Positions 20,006 to 30,563 of a stretch of DNA of 64,000 nucleotides are shown piece after piece. The position numbers and the translations under genes are program-made. The notes below the pieces were generated by a model. That model did not search any database, was not told the DNA's origin, and saw only the letters and a list, made by a program, of their open reading frames with translations. Source of the DNA: a virus. Lineage: Duplodnaviria; Heunggongvirae; Uroviricota; Caudoviricetes. Location of the stretch: the IMG/VR virus record IMGVR_UViG_3300031133_000383, positions 373,044 to 437,043 of that record; one strand, given 5' to 3'. Each line of letters opens with the position of its first letter. The stretch's first letter is position 1.

Positions 20006-20168
20006 GGAGCCTGCGTGAAAGTGGGTTGGGTAGCAGCGGTGTTGCGGGCGAGCTACTACGAAGAGTGAGTCAGAAGCTGTGATTCCTCTTCATGGGAATG
20101 GAGAATTGAAGTGTTGTTGGCTTTGATTAAAACGGCTGGGTGAGTCGGCTCCTTCCCAAACCTAATTT
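20006..20168 (+). ncRNA. structured ncRNA family B, copy 3 (with insertion)
   Basis: Shares GGAGCCTG, GGTTGGGT, AGCGGTGT-GCGGGC, TTGATTAAAACG, TAATTT; promoter TTGCTA-17-TAAAAT at 19944. Confidence 0.75.
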
Positions 20169-20174
20169 AGTTGG

Positions 20175-20445
20175 AGTTGCTGGTTAATGTATAGCTATTA
20201 TACAAACGGTGACTCTTGATATGGTTAAGAGTGATGTAGTTTCCACTATACAACAGCGGGCAGAAATGGATAGTTGTCATCATACTGTACCCAATTAAAG
20301 AGCAATACCTACTGCAATAGAGACTGGGCTTTTGTAGTAGCAATTAGAATCCATCTCAGCAGATAGAGTGGAGCGATAGGCGTTATTTGACCTTGACCTT
20401 TGAAGCGATGACATCTTGGTGGCTTGGTGGTGAAAAGTAACCACA
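20175..20445 (+). ncRNA. candidate ~270-nt structured ncRNA
   Basis: No ORF; multiple hairpins; followed by terminator 20452-20486. Confidence 0.5.
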
Positions 20446-20575
20446 TATATTAAAGCAATCTGTTCAAAACAGGTTGCTTTTTTTTATAAAAATCATAGTT
20501 AATTGTTAGTTTTCTTGTTTTTATTTTCTGCTTATGGTATAATCAATTTCCAATCTCTTACTAGGATTACTTATT

Positions 20576-20836
20576 ATGGAACGAGTATCAATTCAAAACA
20601 TTGTTGTGCGATTTTTCTCAGAGCGTTCACAAGCGGCTGATCAAGCAGGTATTATGAATATGAAAGTCTACCAACATGATAATATCAATCAATTCGTAGT
20701 TTGTTCAGATATTTTGGTAGAACACCCCGAAATCTTCGATACAACTGGCGTTATTTTCAGTGAAAAAACTCAAAAAAAGAATATTGAGTCTCGCCTTTGG
20801 ATTGCTGAGTTTATTAAGGATCTGAAAGAAGCCTAA
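20576..20836 (+). CDS. hypothetical protein
   Basis: AGGA RBS, promoter. Confidence 0.75.
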   Translation: MERVSIQNIVVRFFSERSQAADQAGIMNMKVYQHDNINQFVVCSDILVEHPEIFDTTGVIFSEKTQKKNIESRLWIAEFIKDLKEA

Positions 20837-20942
20837 TTCAGTCGTTTTGATTCACTAGAACCATCTATAACTATAGATGGTTTTTTTTATTGTCTTTATT
20901 CAGTCAATATTGTATAATATACGTCTTATAGGAGAAAGCTTG

Positions 20943-21485
20943 ATGAAAGTATCTAAATATTTTCTGTTCACTGCACTGTCGGTTGTTTCTTTTGTTACGT
21001 TTGCCGAACAACCCAGCCTGCCTTCTTTTGATAAATTCAGTTATCAGGGCATTAAGTTCACAGATAGTTTTGAAGATATTAGAAACAAACACTTTATCTG
21101 CAATAAACGAATTTGTGAAGATAAACAAGAAGACATGACAGTGGTCGTTTCTTTTAGCCATTCCAAAATTACACAGATTGATGTATCAACCGCTTATCGT
21201 GGAGACGATAATTGTGCAGATAATATTAATGAAATCAAACAGTATTTGATTGATAAATTTGATGCTAAAATCGATCCAATCATTGTACCGCCTATCGCTA
21301 CGGCTATAGTGATTCAGCAAACAGAAAATCCGTTAAAGGGAACAATTTCCACAGATAAGGGATTGGTCGGATTTGGACTGCGTTGCTCTCGTAAAAGTAA
21401 TGAACGTGTGTCTTATTTGAATGTTAGCTTTTCTTTTAAAAATGTTCTATCACAAAATTTCAAAGATTCCTTTACTTATGAATGA
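20943..21485 (+). CDS. exported hypothetical protein
   Basis: Signal peptide ending TFA/E. Confidence 0.75.
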   Translation: MKVSKYFLFTALSVVSFVTFAEQPSLPSFDKFSYQGIKFTDSFEDIRNKHFICNKRICEDKQEDMTVVVSFSHSKITQIDVSTAYRGDDNCADNINEIKQYLIDKFDAKIDPIIVPPIATAIVIQQTENPLKGTISTDKGLVGFGLRCSRKSNERVSYLNVSFSFKNVLSQNFKDSFTYE

Positions 21486-21518
21486 GCTAATACAACATAA
21501 TAAAACGAGGACTGCATA

Positions 21519-21659
21519 ATGATTTGTCTATTTGGATGTTCTAACCTTGTGTATGTTACAACTGAACTTGCCGGAGATAGTTTGAATGGTAGTTATGAAA
21601 TTTCAGTGTATAAATGCTCAAAGTGTGGAAAAGTTCACCGAAAAAAAGAGACACGATGA
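21519..21659 (+). CDS. 46-aa zinc-finger-like protein (not in ORF track)
   Basis: GAGG RBS; MICLFGC...YKCSKCG. Confidence 0.6.
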   Translation: MICLFGCSNLVYVTTELAGDSLNGSYEISVYKCSKCGKVHRKKETR

Positions 21660-21706
21660 ATTATGAAAATTAAGATAAAAGAAAAGGTAGCCTAAGCTAC
21701 CTTTTT

Positions 21707-22027
21707 TTATTTTTTTACTTCTTCAACGTTATCACGAAGATAACTTTCTTTTCTGGATGTTTTTAATTCATCCCATTTTCTGTTTTGCTCTGCTGTCAAT
21801 ACATTTTTAACTTCTGCTTCCTCAGCTAAACGATGTTTTTGATGTATATCACTTAGTTGTGTTTTTTGAGTGGCTGTCAAATTTAATTCTTGGTAGTATT
21901 TCCCTACTACATTTTCAAACCAGTTGCTGTCTTCTTTTGTTGTGGTGGTTGTAGTTGTGGTATCTGCAAACGCCATAGACACTGGTAGAAGTGTTGCTCC
22001 TATAACTGAAATTAGTAACTTTTTCAT
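21707..22027 (-). CDS. Spy/CpxP-like periplasmic protein
   Basis: Signal peptide; LNLTATQK and VLTAEQ LTxxQ motifs. Confidence 0.7.
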   Translation of the reverse strand: MKKLLISVIGATLLPVSMAFADTTTTTTTTKEDSNWFENVVGKYYQELNLTATQKTQLSDIHQKHRLAEEAEVKNVLTAEQNRKWDELKTSRKESYLRDNVEEVKK

Positions 22028-22214
22028 ACTTTCCTCCTAATTATTGGTTTACTCATGTTAACACCTTTTTCTTTAAAGTCAATAGTAATCATTATCATTT
22101 TCAATGATTTGTATATAACCTTATAATTTTTAATTTTACTCAAATTAATTTTTTATTTACTTTTTAGCTTTTTTTTGATATACTCTACTCTTAAATTTAT
22201 AGGAGTGCATTTTC

Positions 22215-22532
22215 ATGGTTAGCTTTATTAAACAAGAGTTCTCAGTTGATCCTGCATTTGTTGGGCAAATTACATCCAGTATGAAAGAATTTCGTTGGCT
22301 TAATGAATTCATCAATATTGAAAATGACGGCACTATTACACTATTCGACATCTCACATGGTGATACAAGTAGTGCTATTCAACAAGTCATTGATTGCTTG
22401 GACACAGAAGCTCGAAATAGCGTAAAAATGGAAATTATTGTCTCTGACAAAGATGAGGTTATTCGTTTTACATTTGACACAAAAGAACACACCATTCATA
22501 CTCAATATGCCACCGATTTTGTATGGGATTGA
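22215..22532 (+). CDS. hypothetical protein
   Basis: AGGAG RBS. Confidence 0.75.
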   Translation: MVSFIKQEFSVDPAFVGQITSSMKEFRWLNEFINIENDGTITLFDISHGDTSSAIQQVIDCLDTEARNSVKMEIIVSDKDEVIRFTFDTKEHTIHTQYATDFVWD

Positions 22533-22612
22533 TCTTTGTTTATTTAATATATTTTTGTTGAGTTCTATTTGAAGCGTGCTATGATAATGGTAATTAACAT
22601 ATATTTATTATC

Positions 22613-22954
22613 ATGGCACTTGTAGTTTACACCAACCAGTCAAAACACATTATCACTTATGCTGATTCTCCTGACTCCTTTGATGAATTAGGAAGGCCAG
22701 ATATTTCTTTTATACACTCAGTTATTGAGTCTAATGAAATTGAAAGTATTTATGATGAAGATCCGGCTGTTCTAATTTTAATCGATGGAATTCAATACTC
22801 ACTCTTATTATGTGACCAAGCGGCCTCTATAAAACGACTACCTATTAATATATTCGCCACTAAATTAGCTGTTGATATGAAAATTATAGATTCAATGGAT
22901 ACTATTAGAGGAACAGTTATCTTCATCGAATTATCAGAGTTAAGCGAAAATTAA
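22613..22954 (+). CDS. hypothetical protein
   Basis: 113-aa ORF. Confidence 0.7.
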   Translation: MALVVYTNQSKHIITYADSPDSFDELGRPDISFIHSVIESNEIESIYDEDPAVLILIDGIQYSLLLCDQAASIKRLPINIFATKLAVDMKIIDSMDTIRGTVIFIELSELSEN

Positions 22955-23082
22955 TTCATAAAATTATATAAATTTATGAAAATAAGCTATTTTTACCTCT
23001 TAAAGTCGAATAAAAATTATCTAACTTGTATTGACATGTATATAATATTTTATATAATGATACTAGAACATGGTATATATAT

Positions 23083-23616
23083 ATGAACAATAAAATAGCA
23101 CTACTTACCTTTTTAGCTTTCTCGCCTATTATATTTTCTACTACGCCTGCTTACGCTGATTATCGTATTAAAATCGGCATTCCTAACGTTGTATTAGTAG
23201 ATTCGACGCCTGTCGAAGAACCCGTTGATGAACCTGCTGATAAATGTCCAAAGCCTTCTAATAAAATGCCCACTTATCAAAATGGATTTCCTATGGTTAC
23301 GAAAGATCCGGCTAACGGTCTTGCACGTTATACTGTGCGTTATAATCATGATGGCGATAATTCAAGTTTAACAGATTTTCATAATACATCTGAACGCTAT
23401 GTAAATATTATATTATCTAGGAATGAAGGTAATTCATTTAATAGAGATGCTTACTTATTTCCATATTATGACTTCTGGTGGGATGTTAAGGATGGAGAAC
23501 AAATTAACCTAGTCGTCAGAATGGCTGTATATGATAAAGAAGCTGGCGAAATTTGTAATTATGGGGACGAACATCTTATACTTCAAAAAACTTATTCCCA
23601 GCTTATGAACGAATAA
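23083..23616 (+). CDS. exported hypothetical protein
   Basis: Signal peptide ending AYA/D. Confidence 0.75.
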   Translation: MNNKIALLTFLAFSPIIFSTTPAYADYRIKIGIPNVVLVDSTPVEEPVDEPADKCPKPSNKMPTYQNGFPMVTKDPANGLARYTVRYNHDGDNSSLTDFHNTSERYVNIILSRNEGNSFNRDAYLFPYYDFWWDVKDGEQINLVVRMAVYDKEAGEICNYGDEHLILQKTYSQLMNE

Positions 23617-23679
23617 CAAATAAAAAAAGAGATTTTAAAGTCTCTTTTGTTTTAATATGTATTATTTATTTTAATTTAT

Positions 23680-24192
23680 CTAGTTTGACCATTTTTCTTG
23701 GCATACTGTTCTTATACGTTCAACTTCATCAATAAACCATTGAAAATCTTCGTATCTATATATTTTGTAGTTTCCATTTTTCCCATACCAATTATAATGT
23801 ACTAAAGGTAACTTGGTATTAACCAACATATGTAACAGACCTCTATTTTGCCTTAATTTGCAACGTAAAGCTTCCAACATGTCTTCTCTGCTTTCCATTG
23901 TAAATGGAACCACGTTTTGTGGATTCTCTTCACAAAGTCTATCACCTAGTTGTTTTGCTGGATAACCATGTGCCAGTCTCAACTCATCATGTTTTCCGCC
24001 AAGTATCAACCAATATTGAAAACCTTCAACAGATTCGAAACAACCATATTTAGGATGATTAAATGGGTAATGTCCAAAATTACTCATTGCTTTTCCAAGC
24101 TTTGTTTTAGCTTTGCTGGCTAAATTCAGATGCGTTTTACCATCATCGTCAGGCGTGAGTTCTATGTTGGGATCAATCATTAATGGCTCCAA
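23680..24192 (-). CDS. conserved jumbo-phage protein, possibly NADAR-like
   Basis: LGKAMSNF..F.SVEGF motif reminiscent of NADAR/YbiA. Confidence 0.5.
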   Translation of the reverse strand: MEPLMIDPNIELTPDDDGKTHLNLASKAKTKLGKAMSNFGHYPFNHPKYGCFESVEGFQYWLILGGKHDELRLAHGYPAKQLGDRLCEENPQNVVPFTMESREDMLEALRCKLRQNRGLLHMLVNTKLPLVHYNWYGKNGNYKIYRYEDFQWFIDEVERIRTVCQEKWSN

Positions 24193-24259
24193 AAGTTAGT
24201 TGTATAACTATAACTCTAAAAAAAAAATAATCAACATATCAATCTATAATAAAACGATA

Positions 24260-24862
24260 TTATATAGTAAACGGCTTATTGACATTGCTATGAGATTTTT
24301 CAGCAGCATCTCTTAGGTACTTTTGCTTTTTTTCGTACATTTCCAATAGTTTATCTGCATAACACTCTATCTCCGTATTTTTCATCAGCCTTGGAACAGT
24401 AGGTTCAACCCTTTCAATTTCTACTTTTTTTGGTTTTTCAATAATTACTTTTTCAACCTTGATTTTTTCAGGTTTTGGGGGTTTTGGAGGCTTTACAGGT
24501 TTAACCTTGGGTTCAGGCTTTGGACGATTCTTGATTTCTTCTAATTGGATAGCTCTTTTTTCAGCACGCTCTTTAAGGTATTCACCACTTCTATCAATCA
24601 ACTCTTTTATGCCTTCATAGACAGGTCTATGAACGTTTGAAAGGGCTAATGCACCACTTGCAAACAATCCTACTGATGTAAATCCTGCTGTACTGGTGTA
24701 CGCTTGATCAACGTGGGCAACTGACATTGCTGCAGCACTTATACCTGCAACAATACCTACTTTCAGCATCAAAGCGATTTTAGAATTGATTTGTTCTGCC
24801 ATTTCAGTATGATTATCAATCACTTCTTGTGGTATTTTATTCTTGAACAGTCTCATTATCAA
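24260..24862 (-). CDS. hypothetical membrane protein with Pro/Lys-rich linker
   Basis: Two hydrophobic segments; PKPEPKVKPVKPPKPPKP. Confidence 0.7.
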   Translation of the reverse strand: MIMRLFKNKIPQEVIDNHTEMAEQINSKIALMLKVGIVAGISAAAMSVAHVDQAYTSTAGFTSVGLFASGALALSNVHRPVYEGIKELIDRSGEYLKERAEKRAIQLEEIKNRPKPEPKVKPVKPPKPPKPEKIKVEKVIIEKPKKVEIERVEPTVPRLMKNTEIECYADKLLEMYEKKQKYLRDAAEKSHSNVNKPFTI

Positions 24863-25004
24863 TCATGTATATTTTCTTTTATTTTATCATAACTATAATT
24901 ATTCGCAAATATCATAATATCTTATTTGGTGCATTAATAATTTGGCAACTTGTTTTATAAAATTTTTTGAGTTATACTCCAGTAAATCAATTTAGGACCA
25001 TATT

Positions 25005-25961
25005 ATGCACAGTTTCCATAAACATCACTCTCATGACCAATCCTCACATGATGAAATCAATATTGCAAATCATGATCATTGTCCGCATGAGCATCTTGCA
25101 CAAGTTCATCAACATAAAGTTCAAAGTCGAAAAAAGCTCAGTATCATCATGACCGTAACACTATTGTTTGCCATTGTTGAATTTGTAGGTGGCTGGTGGT
25201 CTGGATCTCTTGCTTTAATTTCTGATGCCTTCCACATGTTAACCGACTCATCGTCTCTTTTCATTGCTTTGCTTATGGCTATAATGGCTCAGAAACCTGC
25301 TGACAAACAGTATTCTTACGGCCATGGCCGATGGGAAGTTGTAGGAGCTTTATTTAATGGCTTGTTTATGATTTTTGTGATTGTTTTCTTGGTCTATGAA
25401 GGCATCAATAGAATCTTGAATCCACAGCCTGTTGAATCTGTTGCTATTATGGGCATTGCAGCAATTGGGTTGTTAGTCAACATATTTGCCGCTGTACTTT
25501 TACATGACTCCCATTCTTTAAATGCAAAAGGAGCCTTCATTCATGTCATGGGTGACTTACTGGGCAGTGTAGCTGCTTTGCTAGCAGGTGTTTTGATTTA
25601 CTTTACAGGTATGACAGTATTTGATCCTATCATATCATTGATTGTTTCGGCTATTTTAGTTTTTCCAACTTATAATCTGCTTAAAAGTGTTCTTCATATC
25701 TTGTTGGAAGGTGTACCCGAACATATTGATTATATTGAAGTAGGCAAAGAAATCAATAAAGTCAAAGGAGTTGTTTCAATTCATGACTTACATATCTGGA
25801 CAATGACATCAGAACATGTATCATTATCGGCTCACATTAAAATTAGAACAGTGGAAGAATGGAATACAATTCTGTCCTCTATTCAACTTGTGTTGACTGA
25901 AAAATATGATATTAATCACGTCACACTTCAACCCGAACTTATAGAACATCATCGCCCGTGA
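25005..25961 (+). CDS. cation diffusion facilitator (ZitB/CzcD-like) metal exporter
   Basis: His-rich N-terminus; SLALISDAFHMLTD, HVMGD, HDLHIW, HVTLQ. Confidence 0.95.
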   Translation: MHSFHKHHSHDQSSHDEINIANHDHCPHEHLAQVHQHKVQSRKKLSIIMTVTLLFAIVEFVGGWWSGSLALISDAFHMLTDSSSLFIALLMAIMAQKPADKQYSYGHGRWEVVGALFNGLFMIFVIVFLVYEGINRILNPQPVESVAIMGIAAIGLLVNIFAAVLLHDSHSLNAKGAFIHVMGDLLGSVAALLAGVLIYFTGMTVFDPIISLIVSAILVFPTYNLLKSVLHILLEGVPEHIDYIEVGKEINKVKGVVSIHDLHIWTMTSEHVSLSAHIKIRTVEEWNTILSSIQLVLTEKYDINHVTLQPELIEHHRP

Positions 25962-26111
25962 TGTTCTTTTTAACACATTCTTTTAAATATTATCGACTCT
26001 AATGCGACATCTTGACCAATTAAGAAATAAAATTAACTTACTTGTTTTTGTTGATATTTTTTCTTTGTTTTGGTAGAATCAATTTAAATAACTCACATAG
26101 GAAATTATACA

Positions 26112-26447
26112 ATGCCAATCGTAACCATCAATATTCAAGATACTAAAATTTCCAATATGGCTGAAAGCTGGTTTGGGGCTGTTGACAGTATTCCTGATGA
26201 TAAGCAATCTGATCGAATCCAAATTATTGAACACTCTACTCATTTATTCGATACTTTGCGTAATAATGCTGACATCAAAGCAAATGGATTGGTTTCAATT
26301 GTATTGACCAGTGATATGCTGTCAGCCGCTTCCACTGAATACTCTTTGTTTGTTCATTCCCTTCCAGCAGAAACAAAAAGCTTTTTTAATGATCAATTTG
26401 AAGATTTCTGGCAAACATTGTGTAATCATATGGCTATTAAAAGCTGA
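26112..26447 (+). CDS. hypothetical protein
   Basis: ORF with RBS and promoter. Confidence 0.7.
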   Translation: MPIVTINIQDTKISNMAESWFGAVDSIPDDKQSDRIQIIEHSTHLFDTLRNNADIKANGLVSIVLTSDMLSAASTEYSLFVHSLPAETKSFFNDQFEDFWQTLCNHMAIKS

Positions 26448-26487
26448 TGTTTATGTTTCAAGGTATATTGTTCTATAATAAAAACCG

Positions 26488-26943
26488 CTAGTCAGCGGTT
26501 TTTTGTTTTACTTTTTTTCTTTTTTGTTTTATATCATTTTTAATTTCTTGCTCTAGTTTACCTTTTCGGAAATTGCACACTGTACACATTGTTTGAGTAT
26601 TTGATAGATTATCAGCACCACCAAGTGACCGAGCCAAAATATGATCATGTGTCATCAGAACTTCTTGACCGTTTTCATTGATTCCCCATAAATTTAAATG
26701 ATAAACTTTATCCCAACTGTGTTTTTCAAGAGCAAATAACGTGCCTTCAAGACCACATTCAGCACAATTTAAGCCTTTTAGAAGGAATGTTTTTAGGCGT
26801 AAAGAAGACAGCTTGACTTTATGGCCTTGAAAATCTACTCGTTTATCCACGTTGGGAACTTTCAAGTTTAAATCCATATGGGCTTGTATCGCTTCAACCA
26901 CTAATTCCACTGTGAATGTAGTTAATCGATCATAAATTTTCAT
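26488..26943 (-). CDS. HNH endonuclease
   Basis: CAECG...THDHILARSLGGADNLSN...CTVCN. Confidence 0.9.
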   Translation of the reverse strand: MKIYDRLTTFTVELVVEAIQAHMDLNLKVPNVDKRVDFQGHKVKLSSLRLKTFLLKGLNCAECGLEGTLFALEKHSWDKVYHLNLWGINENGQEVLMTHDHILARSLGGADNLSNTQTMCTVCNFRKGKLEQEIKNDIKQKRKKVKQKTAD

Positions 26944-27041
26944 GTTGTTTCTCCGTCTTAATCTAACAGTATATATTACGTTTTTCGTGATTTCTAGTGG
27001 TCTATTAAAAAACTGCCTCACGGCAGCTTTTTTATTATTAC

Positions 27042-27383
27042 TTAATTATTTTTTGGTTTCCACCTAGGATTTATATTTTCAGCTTTTTGTTCTGTGATGG
27101 TTTTAGGGGCATAGGTTGCTTGTATAAATGCACCTATATGTGCAATTTCATAATTGGTTTTATTGCCGATTTTTTCCGAAATGATTTCATATTCCTTTCC
27201 TCTGAACTCTACACGGCTTTCTACTACTGGGCTATTGACATCATATTTCAAACCGTCTATCTTTAAACCTCCCACTTCGATTTTTCCTGTTTGAAGATCC
27301 ACCAAACATTCTTTCTGTATATTTTTTCCATCTGCATGAGTTTCAACAAATGATGCTTTTTTCTTGGTATCTGACTCTTTCAT
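27042..27383 (-). CDS. hypothetical protein
   Basis: 113-aa ORF. Confidence 0.65.
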   Translation of the reverse strand: MKESDTKKKASFVETHADGKNIQKECLVDLQTGKIEVGGLKIDGLKYDVNSPVVESRVEFRGKEYEIISEKIGNKTNYEIAHIGAFIQATYAPKTITEQKAENINPRWKPKNN

Positions 27384-27497
27384 GATAATCGTGATGTTGT
27401 TTATATTATTGTATCATATTTAAAATAGTTCTCAAATTTTGTTGTATTTTGTCTTTGCTCTTGCTATAATCAAGTTTCATTTCTATTGGAGATTTTT

Positions 27498-28043
27498 ATG
27501 TCTGACATGGCTGCTAGAATTAGTATTCTACTCACTTCCTACATTGTTTCATATTGTCATAATATTGAAAAAAAAGGGTTGTCAATTTCATATTATAATG
27601 AGGATGTACCTGAGTTTGTGACAGCATTCAATAATAACGATATCAGTGAAGCTTTGGAGTCCATTGCCAGTTTGATTTCCAGTAAATCATGGCATCCAGC
27701 AGAACATGAAAAAGAAATCAATTTTTTAAAATTTATTGAACAGCATATGGTCAAGTTATTGATTGAACTCAGTCATGAGCAACTGTTAGCCAAGACCAAA
27801 ATCATTCAGGATTTTATAATGGATCATTCCATTAATAGAATTCTTAGTTGTCCCTTTTACGAAGGGCAGATTTCAAAAAATTATATGAATTCACTTCAAA
27901 AAGTTTCAGATTATGTTTTAACTTTGAAAACAAACTATCAGTCTGTCCTTGTTGATCTATTGAATGAATTAAAACAAGAAAGTAGTCAAATATATAGTTT
28001 GCAATTACAGGTAGACGGAGAAATCTATGAGCAACACGATTAA
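27498..28043 (+). CDS. hypothetical protein
   Basis: GGAG RBS. Confidence 0.75.
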   Translation: MSDMAARISILLTSYIVSYCHNIEKKGLSISYYNEDVPEFVTAFNNNDISEALESIASLISSKSWHPAEHEKEINFLKFIEQHMVKLLIELSHEQLLAKTKIIQDFIMDHSINRILSCPFYEGQISKNYMNSLQKVSDYVLTLKTNYQSVLVDLLNELKQESSQIYSLQLQVDGEIYEQHD

Positions 28044-28458
28044 ATCAGAACATCTTCATTATTTTCGTGAAGCATTGTCTTTTGTTGAAGAATTTGTCAA
28101 AAATACGCATACCGATATCTGTCTTTTTGGAAATTCGGACAGGATTGAATTAAGTCGTATGATTACAATCAATAACAAAACTCTGGTGTTTGGTCAATCT
28201 GTTTATAAAAAACTCTCTGAACATTTTGAAAGTCAGTTTTTAAATGACATTGATGTAGAGTATTTTTCAGAAGAAGAAATAAAATATTTTGACTTTGCTT
28301 TTAATCTTCAAATCGAGTCATTATCTGCCAGTTATAAACGTTTAGCTGTTGTGACCAACAATCAAATGGTATTGTTTAATTTGAATGTTGAAATTGGGAG
28401 AGTCAAAATGGTTATGCAAGATTTAAAAGATATTATTAATATCCTGAATACCGTATAA
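28027..28458 (+). CDS. hypothetical protein
   Basis: GGAG RBS, overlaps upstream gene. Confidence 0.75.
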   Translation: MSNTIKSEHLHYFREALSFVEEFVKNTHTDICLFGNSDRIELSRMITINNKTLVFGQSVYKKLSEHFESQFLNDIDVEYFSEEEIKYFDFAFNLQIESLSASYKRLAVVTNNQMVLFNLNVEIGRVKMVMQDLKDIINILNTV

Positions 28459-28504
28459 ACTAGACTTTTATCCCCGACCATGCTATACTATTTTCATCAA
28501 TTTA

Positions 28505-29074
28505 ATGTACATGAGTTCTCACATGCATTCGTCGAACAATATCGAAAAAAACAAACGCAAACTTAATAAACCCTTGGTCAGCCATGGGGTTTCACTGGTT
28601 CGTTGGGGTGGTTTGGGAATGGTTAAACAAAAAGGAAATTATGGCCATGACACCTTTCATTCTGCACCTGAACGTTATGGCCACTATGCGTTCCTTTTTC
28701 CTTTTATCGAACTCTTTTTGATTGGGTCCACTAAAACTGTGGAATTTTCAGCCGGGGTTCGTAAGGAATTTCATGCTACTGGTGGTCAGATCTGGACTCA
28801 TTTTAAGCCAGATGATCCTAAAGATATTCTAGCCATTCACAATGATTGGTATAAAGTAGATGTGTGTATTCTCAACAAATTGATTAAAAAAGTATTCGCA
28901 CAGGATTCTGCATGTATTCAAACACGTTATTTCTTTGAGGATAAAGAAAACCGTATTCCATGGGATAAAAATAAGACTGAACGTGATTTGAAGGTTCGTC
29001 GTTTGAATCCTTATATTATGTGTTCGACTGATCACATGGAAGTTTTTGTCTGTCGGGACACCAAAATTTCTTAA
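28505..29074 (+). CDS. hypothetical phage protein
   Basis: 189 aa, FHSAPERYG motif. Confidence 0.8.
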   Translation: MYMSSHMHSSNNIEKNKRKLNKPLVSHGVSLVRWGGLGMVKQKGNYGHDTFHSAPERYGHYAFLFPFIELFLIGSTKTVEFSAGVRKEFHATGGQIWTHFKPDDPKDILAIHNDWYKVDVCILNKLIKKVFAQDSACIQTRYFFEDKENRIPWDKNKTERDLKVRRLNPYIMCSTDHMEVFVCRDTKIS

Positions 29075-29151
29075 ATTTTGAATCTATTCTTGAATTGTTA
29101 TGATTATTTTGCTATAATTGACTCAACCCAACAGAGAAACAGGAAAGAAAA

Positions 29152-29415
29152 ATGAATACCAATTTCCATATCTTTGAAATTCCACTACCAACGATTGAAA
29201 AACCAGAACCTACAAAATTTCTGCGTGTTCGTATGAAATTTAAAGGTCAAGAAATTGTTGAAACTTCAAACTTTCAAAGTCTGAATGTTTTCAATTTCAT
29301 TGCTGATGATGTGGATGTTTTGTTGTGGGAACACGTCCAAGATGATGGGGAAGTGTTAACAGAGGGTAATTCAGTAAACAGTATGAATCAGTATTTTGAA
29401 AATCTCCCAATTTGA
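29152..29415 (+). CDS. hypothetical protein
   Basis: AGGA RBS. Confidence 0.75.
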   Translation: MNTNFHIFEIPLPTIEKPEPTKFLRVRMKFKGQEIVETSNFQSLNVFNFIADDVDVLLWEHVQDDGEVLTEGNSVNSMNQYFENLPI

Positions 29416-29424
29416 GGTAACCGT

Positions 29425-29616
29425 ATGACTCCTGAAATGAAACGCCTTCATGGCCGACGCGAAGCTGATGACGATGGCTTTACCTATGTAGCTGGTAAAC
29501 ATAAGAATGGCCGCATCAAGCGTACTCGTAACAAAAATAACACCGCTCGTTGCATTCGCAGTGACAAACGCTCCGTTAAGGCAGCAGAAACTAAACGCAT
29601 GATGAATGAAAGCTGA
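29425..29616 (+). CDS. small basic protein
   Basis: GAGGT RBS, Arg/Lys-rich, terminator follows. Confidence 0.75.
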   Translation: MTPEMKRLHGRREADDDGFTYVAGKHKNGRIKRTRNKNNTARCIRSDKRSVKAAETKRMMNES

Positions 29617-29720
29617 TAGTTTTTGTAGAAAAGGGGTCCTTTGATGGGCCTTTTTTTGTTGTATAATTAAACTCAATTTGCTATAATAAGCCTCTATTCA
29701 GACAAACAGAGATATACACC

Positions 29721-30122
29721 ATGAACACACAAGAAAAGAATGCAATTTTCAATGATGATGATGTATACGATTTGATGGCTGAATTGAAGTCTGTTATTTG
29801 TATGATGGAGCCTTATTACAGTCAATGTGGTGGAGCCAACGAAGCGGAAGAGTTGTTGTCTCGTTTGGAAGCTAAGTTGCCTGTCACTGTTTCAAAAATG
29901 CATAATGCTCAATGCAAGATTTGTGGAAAAACATTTGAGCGTTCTAATTCGAAACGATTGTTGACGGATAGTCAACAAAATTCTTCTTTGAATAATCATT
30001 TGGGTCACGTTCATGGCATCACTGACTTCAAAGAGCGTAACCGTAACAGTATTCGTGCTCATGTTCAAAACATTACCTATGCTAATAAAGCCGCTGCAGA
30101 TGCGGCTAAAGAATCTGAATAG
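29721..30122 (+). CDS. C2H2 zinc-finger-like protein
   Basis: CKICGKTF ... HLGHVH. Confidence 0.65.
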   Translation: MNTQEKNAIFNDDDVYDLMAELKSVICMMEPYYSQCGGANEAEELLSRLEAKLPVTVSKMHNAQCKICGKTFERSNSKRLLTDSQQNSSLNNHLGHVHGITDFKERNRNSIRAHVQNITYANKAAADAAKESE

Positions 30123-30563
30123 TATTATTGATCAGTTAAAGAAACACGGATGTTTCTATATTTTTTATTATATATTCAGCCTCTAATTATCCTTTCAAAA
30201 CAATATTTTCATTATTTTGCCATTTTTTTGGCATCTTTTAACTCTAAAAGACTATAAAGAAATTATTTTTTATATATTTTTATATCAATTCAAAACTTTA
30301 TTCTACCGTTTTATTCCATTTTAGTCATTTTTTTGACTTTTTATTTGTAAAATATCCGTTATCATTACATGAAATATCAAGTCATATAGATTATTTAAAT
30401 ATTGAATCAATTTGAAATAAAACAATCTTGGTTCATTTCTTATTCAAAGTCATAACTCTGCATTTAATTCTAATTCCAATTATAAATTTTTTTTTAAAAT
30501 GAATGACTTGATAATTTTTATCTGAGTGTTATAGTATGCGTTAAAACATGAGGACAGGTATAT

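Noticed and set aside
30130-30520. Very AT-rich gap as replication origin
   Set aside because: No iterons or DnaA-box cluster seen; compatible with a promoter region
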